Shown in pieces: positions 57,180 through 64,000 of a stretch of 64,000 bases of DNA (positions are counted from its first letter, which is position 1; each line of letters opens with the position of its first letter). Position numbers and translations under genes: made by a program. The DNA is from Vicinamibacteria bacterium (GTDB taxonomy: Bacteria > Acidobacteriota > Vicinamibacteria > Marinacidobacterales > Marinacidobacteraceae), in contig OZ219816.1 of assembly GCA_964291235.2 (NCBI GenBank), forward strand, positions 992,001 through 1,056,000, written 5' to 3'. A model generated the notes under the pieces. That model was not told the origin of the DNA and did not search any database. It saw only the letters and a program-made list of their open reading frames with translations.

Positions 57180-58922
57180 GTGAAGGAGATGTCCGAAACC
57201 GTCTCCAGGCTCGGAGCGCCGCCACCGCCGCCGGGACCGCGCCGCCGTGCGGGTTCGGGTTGCCTCGTCAGCGCGATGCTGGTCATGGCGGTGGTGGTTG
57301 GGGTGGGGCTCCTGGCGCTTGGGGCGGCGTTCGTGCTCGGGGAAGGCCCGCGGGTTTCCGAGGGGAGTGTTCTGGTTGTGGGAACGGACGCCGAGTATCC
57401 CGAAACCGTTCCCTATACGCCCTTTCTTTTCGCGGACGCCGGACCGAGTTTTGGCGAGTTGATCCGCGGAATGTCCCGCGCCGCCGAGGATTCCCGCATC
57501 GCCGCGCTTCACCTGCGCGTCGGCAACACCCGGCTCGGGTGGGCGCGGGCGCGCGAACTGCGCGACGCCGCCCGGCGCTTTCAGGACGCCGGAAAGCGGG
57601 TCACCGCTTCGGTCGAATACGCCGGGCTCCTGGACTACTACCTCGCGAGTGTCGCCGACCGGGTCCACATGCATCCGCGCGGCCAGCTCGGGCTCTTCGG
57701 CGTCTCAATGGAGGTGATGTTCTTTGCGGGGCTCTTCGAGAAGCTGGGGATCGAGGCGCAGTTCGAGGCGATCGGTCCCTACAAGACGAGCCCCGACGTC
57801 TTCACCGGCTCCCGGATGAGCGCCGAGCACCGCGAGCAGCTCGAGGCCCTCGGGGAAGAGTTCCGAATGACGGTGGCGGAGGCGGTAGCCGGCGCTCGCG
57901 GCCTGACCCCGGAGGAGGGCGACCGCCTGCTTCGAGACGGCCCCTACACGGGGAGCCGGGCGCTCGCGAGCGGACTCGTGGACGTCCTGAGCTATCACGA
58001 TCAGGTCCGGGATGACGTCGGCGACGAGTTCGTGGACATCACGCAGTATGTGACCTCCGTGCGTTCGGGTCTGCCGGACGCCGAAGCCCGGGTCGCGGTC
58101 GTTCATGTGGACGGGGCGATTCTTCCCGGCAAGAGCCGAGCGGACCTCACCGCGGGAAGGGTTGCCGGAGCGGAGACCATCGCCGAGGCGCTCGCCTGGG
58201 CGGAGGAGGAACCCTCCGTGGACGCGGTGGTCCTGCGGGTTTCGAGCCCCGGGGGTAGTGATTCGGCGTCCGACACGATCTGGCGCGCGGCGGAGCGGGT
58301 ACGCGAAGTGAAACCGGTCATTGCCTCTTTCGGCGACACCGCCGCGTCGGGTGGGTACTGGGTCTCGACGGCGGCGCGGCGGGTGGTCGCAGAACCCCTT
58401 ACCGTCACCGGTTCCATCGGCGTCTTTGTCGGAAAGTTCAGCATCGGAGAGTTGCTGGAAAAAATCGGACTTACGACCGAGGTCGTTTCGGCCGGCGGCA
58501 AGCCGAGTTGGCTCAGCCCCTCCCGGCCGCTCGACGAGCAGGACCTCGATCGTCTCCGCGAGGGCGCCGCGGAGATCTACGGAACGTTTCTGGAGCGGGT
58601 GGCGGCGGCCCGCTCCATGACGACCGCCGAGGTGGACGCCATCGGCCAGGGACGGGTCTTCACCGGCCGTCAGGCCCTCGAGGCGGGTCTCGTGGACGAG
58701 CTGGGCGGTCTCGAGGATGCGGTGCGCATCGCCGCGGTCGAGGCGGGATACGCGCCGGACGCGCGCATCGACACGATTGCGCTGCCGGAACCGCCGAGTC
58801 TCGCCGAGGCGATCGAGGCGGAGCTCCGCTCCGGAGGTCTGCGCGAGCGGCTCCCGCTACTCGACGCGGCGCTCCGGGGTACCCGGATGGCGCTGCTGCC
58901 GTTCGTTCCCCGGTTTCGCTAG
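57180..58922 (+). CDS. sppA: Signal peptide peptidase SppA (67K type)
   Basis: YYLAS, G.YKT, LRVSSPGG, AASGGYW, TGSIGV, GQGRVFTG. Confidence 0.92.
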   Translation: MKEMSETVSRLGAPPPPPGPRRRAGSGCLVSAMLVMAVVVGVGLLALGAAFVLGEGPRVSEGSVLVVGTDAEYPETVPYTPFLFADAGPSFGELIRGMSRAAEDSRIAALHLRVGNTRLGWARARELRDAARRFQDAGKRVTASVEYAGLLDYYLASVADRVHMHPRGQLGLFGVSMEVMFFAGLFEKLGIEAQFEAIGPYKTSPDVFTGSRMSAEHREQLEALGEEFRMTVAEAVAGARGLTPEEGDRLLRDGPYTGSRALASGLVDVLSYHDQVRDDVGDEFVDITQYVTSVRSGLPDAEARVAVVHVDGAILPGKSRADLTAGRVAGAETIAEALAWAEEEPSVDAVVLRVSSPGGSDSASDTIWRAAERVREVKPVIASFGDTAASGGYWVSTAARRVVAEPLTVTGSIGVFVGKFSIGELLEKIGLTTEVVSAGGKPSWLSPSRPLDEQDLDRLREGAAEIYGTFLERVAAARSMTTAEVDAIGQGRVFTGRQALEAGLVDELGGLEDAVRIAAVEAGYAPDARIDTIALPEPPSLAEAIEAELRSGGLRERLPLLDAALRGTRMALLPFVPRFR

Positions 58923-58937
58923 GCGGAAACCGCCCTT

Positions 58938-59690
58938 TCAGAGACCGCTCAGGTAACTGGCGCCGCCGAGCTGCGCTACCGCCGCCTGGATCTCGCGGGT
59001 CCGACGGGTCACATATTCCGATGGTTGTGCCGCTGACATGCGTTTGGGGCTCGGGAGTACGGCGACCAGGGTCGCGGCCTGGCGAGGAGTGAGGTCACCC
59101 GGTTCCCGGCCGAATGCATGCCGGCTTGCCGCCAACACCCCGAAGATGCCGGGACCAAACTCGGCCACGTTCAGATAGACCTCGAGGATCCGACGCTTCG
59201 GCCACATGAGTTCGAGGGCGACGGTGAAGTACGCCTCGAGGCCCTTCCGGACAAGGTTCTGGCCTGGCCAGAGGTAGAGATTCTTGGCGACCTGCTGCGA
59301 GATGGTGCTGGCGCCCCGGAGGCGTCCGCCGCGGCGGTTCCGCTCCAGCGCGTCGGAGATGGCGTCGAGGTCAAAACCGAAATGGTCGGGGAACTTCTGG
59401 TCTTCGGCTGCCACCGCGGCGATGGGAAGGTGGGGCGAGATGGCGTCGCGGGGCGCCCACTGGTAGTGGACCGTTCCCTCGCCCACGATGCGCTCGCGGA
59501 GCATGAAGGCGCTGGTCGGCGGCGGAATCCAGCGCCACGGCAGCACCAGGACGACCGTCAGAGCGACCCACGCGCCCGCCACCATGAGGGCCAGCCGGGT
59601 AAACCGGCCCAAACGCCGTTTGCCGCTCCCGGAAGCCGGGGCAGCGGGTTCGCTACGGTCCGGTTGGATCTGGGTCTCGATAGGCGCCAT
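58938..59690 (-). CDS. mtgA: Monofunctional peptidoglycan transglycosylase
   Basis: AAEDQKF..HFGFD, RGASTISQQVAKNL, RKGLEA, K.RILE.YLN. Confidence 0.93.
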   Translation of the reverse strand: MAPIETQIQPDRSEPAAPASGSGKRRLGRFTRLALMVAGAWVALTVVLVLPWRWIPPPTSAFMLRERIVGEGTVHYQWAPRDAISPHLPIAAVAAEDQKFPDHFGFDLDAISDALERNRRGGRLRGASTISQQVAKNLYLWPGQNLVRKGLEAYFTVALELMWPKRRILEVYLNVAEFGPGIFGVLAASRHAFGREPGDLTPRQAATLVAVLPSPKRMSAAQPSEYVTRRTREIQAAVAQLGGASYLSGL

Positions 59691-61326
59691 CACCCGTGGT
59701 TTGCTCGATTGCCAGCGTCCGGGTGGGGAAGGCGAAGTCCACGCCGATCTCCTTCGCCAGCCGCAGGATGGAAAGCAGGAAGTTGTGCCGCTCGGACAAC
59801 TCGGCATGCCAGTCGGGAACCCGGAAGAAGCAGTAAACGAGAACATCCACCGACGAATCCGAAAAGCGATTCAGGTGGATCTCGAAATAGTCGTGGCGCA
59901 TCGCCGGGTTCTTGAGGATGAGACCCTGTACGCCATCGACGAACGCCTGGATGCGATCGGGGTCGGTGTCGTAGCGCAGCGACAGCATGTGTTTCATCCG
60001 TCGGTACTTGCGCTGTCCCATGTTGTCCACGATCGAGTTCACGACCTTGCTGTTCGGGACGCTGACCACGGAGTCGTAGAAGGTGCGGACGCGGGTTGAG
60101 CGCAGGCCGACCCGCTCGACCGTTCCCTCGTAGCCGTCCACCAGAACCCAGTCGCCGACCTGGAACGGCCGGTCGCCGACGATGGCGAGGGAACCCATCA
60201 CGTTCGCGAGGGTGTCCTGTGCTGCGAGGGCAATGGCGAGACCTCCGAGTCCGAGACCGGCGACCAGAGTGGTGATCGAGTACCCCTGGCTCTGGGCAAT
60301 CAACAGGATTGCAACGATGAGCGAGCCGACGCGCAGGGCCGTGCGGGCGAGAGGAACCAGGTGGTCGTCCACCTTGGTCTCGGTCTTCGCGGTAATGGCT
60401 TCGAGTCGGGTACAGAGCGCGTCGATGGCCCGGTAGGCGAACCAGACCGCGATCGCGGCCAACGTCAGGTCGAGGAGGACCGTCAGTACCTGGTTGATCA
60501 GTACCGGAAACCGCAAGTCCGCGAGGAAGCGGCGGAAGACCCACACCGAGGCGAGCCACGAAGCCGGCACGGCCGCCGCCGCCATTTCCTCGACGGCCCA
60601 GCCGGCGCGCCGGTTTGCGAAGCGGACCAGGAAGCCCCGAAAGAAGAGGCCGAAAAGCCACTGGGCGGCCCAGGCGAGGCCGGCGAGGATGCCGAGGCCG
60701 ATGAGTTGCCAGAGCGTGAAGCCCAGAAAGGAACGTTCCACCACGGGAGGGAGCAGGTCGAGGAGCCGACGGGCGTACCACGAGAAGGTGCTCTCATAGA
60801 GGCTCTCGGCAGCCCCTACGGTGCGCGCCGAGATCTGCCACGCCCGATCCTCGCCCCGCCGGAGCTGGAATTCCGGAAGCCGGATCGGGAAGGGCGTGAA
60901 GACGGCCTCGCGGGCGTCCGGGTCCACGTACTCCGGGTCCGCGGGCACGGCCTCCATGCGCACGAACAGGCCCCGGCCATCGAGAACCGACTTGAGCTGG
61001 CTGGCGACGAGACGCCGTTCGCCCGAAGCGACGCTCGGGTCGAAGTTGAGGGTTGCGGTGACCGAGTCCCAGGAGATCTCGTCCGCCAGCTGCCCCCCGA
61101 GAAAGGTGTTAAGGGTCGTTCGCGGACTGCGTAGATCCTCGGGGACCGACGACGCCGGAGCCTGAGCGCCGGCGGTCGTGGCCGAGGCGAGCAGCGCGAG
61201 GGCTAACAGCCCGTGGTGAAAAACCCGTGAGCGCCGCTCGAGCCCCCACCGGGAGAACTGGGACGCGGGGGTTTTGCCACCGGCTGTTGATGCGGGTCGG
61301 AAGATCATGCGAGCTTGATCACTCAT
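59653..61326 (-). CDS. mscS: Mechanosensitive channel MscS family with N-terminal periplasmic domain; signal peptide interrupted in frame by a mini-MITE
   Basis: GLGLGGLAIALAAQDTLAN, PFQVGDW, GLRSTR, VPN, FAFPTRT. Confidence 0.9.
   Translation of the reverse strand: MSDQARMIFRPASTAGGKTPASQFSRWGLERRSRVFHHGLLALALLASATTAGAQAPASSVPEDLRSPRTTLNTFLGGQLADEISWDSVTATLNFDPSVASGERRLVASQLKSVLDGRGLFVRMEAVPADPEYVDPDAREAVFTPFPIRLPEFQLRRGEDRAWQISARTVGAAESLYESTFSWYARRLLDLLPPVVERSFLGFTLWQLIGLGILAGLAWAAQWLFGLFFRGFLVRFANRRAGWAVEEMAAAAVPASWLASVWVFRRFLADLRFPVLINQVLTVLLDLTLAAIAVWFAYRAIDALCTRLEAITAKTETKVDDHLVPLARTALRVGSLIVAILLIAQSQGYSITTLVAGLGLGGLAIALAAQDTLANVMGSLAIVGDRPFQVGDWVLVDGYEGTVERVGLRSTRVRTFYDSVVSVPNSKVVNSIVDNMGQRKYRRMKHMLSLRYDTDPDRIQAFVDGVQGLILKNPAMRHDYFEIHLNRFSDSSVDVLVYCFFRVPDWHAELSERHNFLLSILRLAKEIGVDFAFPTRTLAIEQTTGDGAYRDPDPTGP
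61204..61289 (-). mobile_element. Mini-MITE A (82 bp, internally deleted; 18-bp unit at 61244-61261) inside the mscS coding sequence
   Basis: Reverse strand ACAGCCGGTGGCAAAACCCCCGCG...GCTCGAGCGGCG|CTCACGGGTTTTTCACCACGGGCTGT-TA, collinear with both ends of copy 1. Confidence 0.85.
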
Positions 61327-61355
61327 GGGCGCTCCAAGGGGTATGCCGGGCGGCG

Positions 61356-61429
61356 TACGCCTGGCAGGACTCGAACCTGCGACCTACGGATTAGGAATCC
61401 GTCGCTCTATCCACCTGAGCTACAGGCGC
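61356..61429 (-). tRNA. tRNA-Arg(CCT)
   Basis: Reverse complement GCGCCTGTAGCTCAGGTGGATAGAGCGACGGATTCCTAATCCGTAGGTCGCAGGTTCGAGTCCTGCCAGGCGTA; CCA not encoded. Confidence 0.93.
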
Positions 61430-61509
61430 ATCGATTGCCGGACGACGCGCGGGCAATCGTAGCGCCTGAACTGGTCAACAAATCGCCGGGAGGAACGCTT
61501 CGGAGGCCG

Positions 61510-62067
61510 CTACCGGTAGGTCAGAACCGTGTGCACGGGGGCGCCAAGGCGAGCGAGACGTTCCGCCCCGCCGAGCGGCAGGAGCGCGATCAGGAGGGAA
61601 AAGCCGGCCACCGTGACCCCGAGGCGCCGACAAAGGCGGAATGCCGCCGCCGCCGTGCCGCCGGTGGCGAGGACATCGTCCACGATGAGTACCCGGTGGC
61701 CCCCGCTCAGGGCGTCCCGGTGCATTTCGAGCGCGCCCCGGCCGTACTCGAGTTCGTAGGCTTCGGCGACCGTCGGTGCGGGGAGTTTCCCCGGCTTGCG
61801 AATCGGCACGAGGGGGACGCCGAGTTCCAGGGCGACTCCGGCGCCGAAGAGGAATCCGCGGCTCTCGATGGCCACGACCGCGTCCACCGGAGCGTCTCCG
61901 AAGGGAGAAGCCAGAGCCTGGACCGCTTCCCGGAATGCCTCGCTATCGGCCAGAAGCGGCGTGATGTCCCGAAACAGGACTCCCGTCTCGGGAAAATCGG
62001 GGACGCTGCGGATCCGGGCCTTCAGCCGGGAGGCGAGACCGTCCTCAGTGGACGATGCGGAAGTCAT
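61510..62067 (-). CDS. apt: Adenine phosphoribosyltransferase
   Basis: IRSVPDFP..GVLFRDITPLL, ESRGF, RKPGKLP, VLIVDDVLATGGT. Confidence 0.95.
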   Translation of the reverse strand: MTSASSTEDGLASRLKARIRSVPDFPETGVLFRDITPLLADSEAFREAVQALASPFGDAPVDAVVAIESRGFLFGAGVALELGVPLVPIRKPGKLPAPTVAEAYELEYGRGALEMHRDALSGGHRVLIVDDVLATGGTAAAAFRLCRRLGVTVAGFSLLIALLPLGGAERLARLGAPVHTVLTYR

Positions 62068-62332
62068 CCGGTCGGCCCCCTGGGTCCGGCAGCTCGACGG
62101 TGTCTTCCAGGATGGCGTCGACACGTCCGGGCATTTCGGTCTGCAATGCGCTCCGGAACCTCTCCAGGACTTCGGGGATGGCGAAGGCGCGGATTTCCAC
62201 CGTGCCGTCGGGGCGGTTCTTCACTGCCCCCCGGACTCCGAGCGCCCGGGCCAGACGCGCCGTACTCCACCGGAATCCGACTCCCTGAACGAAACCGGAA
62301 ACCAGGTAGCGTCGAGCGACCAGCTCTCCCAC
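62045..62332 (-). CDS. acyP: Acylphosphatase
   Basis: VSG.VQGVGFR, G.VKN.PDG.VE. Confidence 0.88.
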   Translation of the reverse strand: MGELVARRYLVSGFVQGVGFRWSTARLARALGVRGAVKNRPDGTVEIRAFAIPEVLERFRSALQTEMPGRVDAILEDTVELPDPGGRPDDFRIVH

Positions 62333-62338
62333 GGCGCT

Positions 62339-62667
62339 TAGCAGCCTGTGGCAAAACCCACGCGGTATTCCCGAGCCAAGAGAGAAGGGGGACGGGCAAA
62401 CCCGTCCCCCGTCTCTCTCGCTCCGGGGTCTGCGCGCGGCTCGCGCCGCGCTCCGGAAACGACGAGCGATGCATCCCGGCTGGCCCCCACCGGGAGAACT
62501 GGCCGCGCCTCTGCGAGGCGCTCATCGTTGCGTTTCGGTCGAAATACGCTCGGTATTCCTCCCTCACGCGCCGCCCCCACCGGGAGAACTGGGTCAGCCG
62601 GACCCCCACCGGGAGAACTGGGCCTCACTCGTCTCGGTGCTCGCGTGCGTTTCACCACAGGCTGCTA
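62339..62667 (+). mobile_element. MITE family A, copy 4 (composite: hairpin module plus three 18-bp units)
   Basis: TA-GCAGCCTGTGGCAAAAC...GTTTCACCACAGGCTGC-TA; the right end supplies the stop codon of the minus-strand gene ending at 62665. Confidence 0.88.
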
Positions 62668-63813
62668 ACCGACGGTTGCGAGAGCGCCTTCGAGATCCCG
62701 CAGCAGGTCGGCGACATCTTCGACCCCTACGGAGAGACGCACCAGCCCGTCGCCGATACCGATGGCGCGGCGCATGGGCTCCGGAACCGAGGCGTGGGTC
62801 ATGGTGGCGGGATGGTTCGCCAGGCTCTCCACCCCGCCGAGGCTCTCGGCGATGTGGAAGACGCGAAGCGCTTCCATGAGGCTCCGGGCGCGGTCCATGG
62901 TTCCGACGTCGAAGGAGAGCATGCCTCCGAAGCCGGTCATTTGACGGCGGGCCAGTTCGTGGCCCGGGTGGTCGGGGAGCCCGGGATAGTGCACCGCGGC
63001 GACGTCCGGATGCTTTTTGAGCATCCGGGCAATCGCGCGCGCGTTCTGGTCGTGCCGCTCCATGCGGAGCGCCAGCGTCTTCGTACTGCGGAGCAGAAGC
63101 CAGGATTCGAAGGGCGAGAGAATCGCTCCGGCAGCGTTTTGCAGGTAGTGGAAACGAGCGACGTGCTCGGCCTCCCGCGCGACCAGAATGCCGCCGACGC
63201 CGTCGCTGTGCCCGTTCAGGTACTTGGTGGAGGAGTGCACCACGATGTGGGCGCCCAGCTCGAGTGGCCGCTGGAAATACGGGGACATGAAGGTGTTGTC
63301 CACCACCACCAGGGCGCCGGCCGCGCGGGCGGCATCCGCGAGGGTGCGGAGATCGGCGATCCGCAGCATCGGGTTGGTCGGGGTCTCCAGGAACAGCATG
63401 GATGCCCCCGCCTCGAGTTCCCGGATGGTGGCCCCGGTATCGCTCGTGTCCATCCAGGTGAAATCGAGCCCCCGGGGACGCAACACGTTCTCGCCGAGCC
63501 GGTAGGTGCCGCCGTAGCTGTCGGCGGTGGCGATGACCCGCCCGCCGCTGGGCACGAGATCGAAGGCCATCACGATCGCCGCCATTCCGGATGCGCAGGC
63601 AATCGCCCCGGAGCCGCCCTCAAGCGAGGCCAGGTTCGCTTCCACGGCGTTTCGCGTGGGATTCCCTGTCCGCGAGTACTCGTAATCGCCCGGCTGGCCG
63701 GGCGACTTCTGGATGAACGTCGCGGCCTGGACCAGCGGTACCACGACGGCGCCGCTGCCCGAGTCCGGATGCTGTCCGGCGTGGATGGCTCGGGTTGCAA
63801 AGCCCCGGACCAC
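62665..63813 (-). CDS. Cystathionine gamma-lyase/gamma-synthase (Cys/Met PLP enzyme)
   Basis: FATRAIHAG, YEYSRTGNPT, ETPTNP, DNTF, HSSTKYLNGHSD, AESLGGVES, RLSVG; GTG start at 63813 assumed. Confidence 0.92.
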   Translation of the reverse strand: MVRGFATRAIHAGQHPDSGSGAVVVPLVQAATFIQKSPGQPGDYEYSRTGNPTRNAVEANLASLEGGSGAIACASGMAAIVMAFDLVPSGGRVIATADSYGGTYRLGENVLRPRGLDFTWMDTSDTGATIRELEAGASMLFLETPTNPMLRIADLRTLADAARAAGALVVVDNTFMSPYFQRPLELGAHIVVHSSTKYLNGHSDGVGGILVAREAEHVARFHYLQNAAGAILSPFESWLLLRSTKTLALRMERHDQNARAIARMLKKHPDVAAVHYPGLPDHPGHELARRQMTGFGGMLSFDVGTMDRARSLMEALRVFHIAESLGGVESLANHPATMTHASVPEPMRRAIGIGDGLVRLSVGVEDVADLLRDLEGALATVG

Positions 63814-64000
63814 TGGGTCGGGAGCTGGTTTCGCGGAGGGCAAGGGGGCGGATTCTATGAGAGTCCGACGCGACGCCCGCCCGGGCTGAACGCGTCCGGG
63901 CGAGGCTCGGGGCGTTCCGCGCCCTTGAGGCTGATAATTTGGGAGCGTTCCCCGCATCCACCGTGGCCGTAAGCGAAAAAACCGTCTATCGCGTTACCTT

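Noticed and set aside
62485-62621. Three direct 18-20-bp repeats resembling a mini CRISPR array
   Set aside because: Spacers are 72 and 11 bp and consist of MITE consensus sequence; the repeat is too short and no cas genes are present
61315-63972. 885-aa ORF
   Set aside because: It spans a tRNA, a MITE and three antisense housekeeping genes, with no recognisable domain

Overview
GC-rich bacterial chromosomal segment. An Acidobacteriota origin is likely but is inference, based on the VWFA-related acidobacterial-type protein, the carboxypeptidase-regulatory/TonB-dependent receptor architecture and the many exported hydrolases. The window holds about 47 CDS and two tRNAs (Val-CAC, Arg-CCT). Main blocks: two type II TA pairs; a form II cox-like molybdenum hydroxylase cluster (S-L-M-D-E-XdhC); an AttEFGH-like ABC/lipocalin module reading in frame into a PuuD-like domain; tctCBA-mmgE/prpD-cocE; acyl-CoA dehydrogenase plus a MeaB-Mce fusion; pyk; cbs; ETF-QO coupled to a swivel-first aconitase-family protein; eukaryote-type UGPase; SulP; sppA; mtgA; mscS; apt; acyP; cystathionine gamma-lyase/synthase. 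No transposase, integrase, cas gene or CRISPR array was recognised. The most unusual signal is a nested set of non-coding repeats. (i) A TA-flanked MITE family (at least 7 copies) lands on stop codons, and once in frame inside the mscS signal peptide. (ii) A REPIN-like GGAGCGCCGGCC array lies at about 12.56-13.2 kb. (iii) An 18-bp unit, CCCCACCGGGAGAACTGG, occurs 8 times, always inside those repeats. It occupies five different host positions in both orientations, as a net +18-bp insertion mostly at C^G, so it behaves like a minimal parasite of other repeats with no mobiliser visible here.
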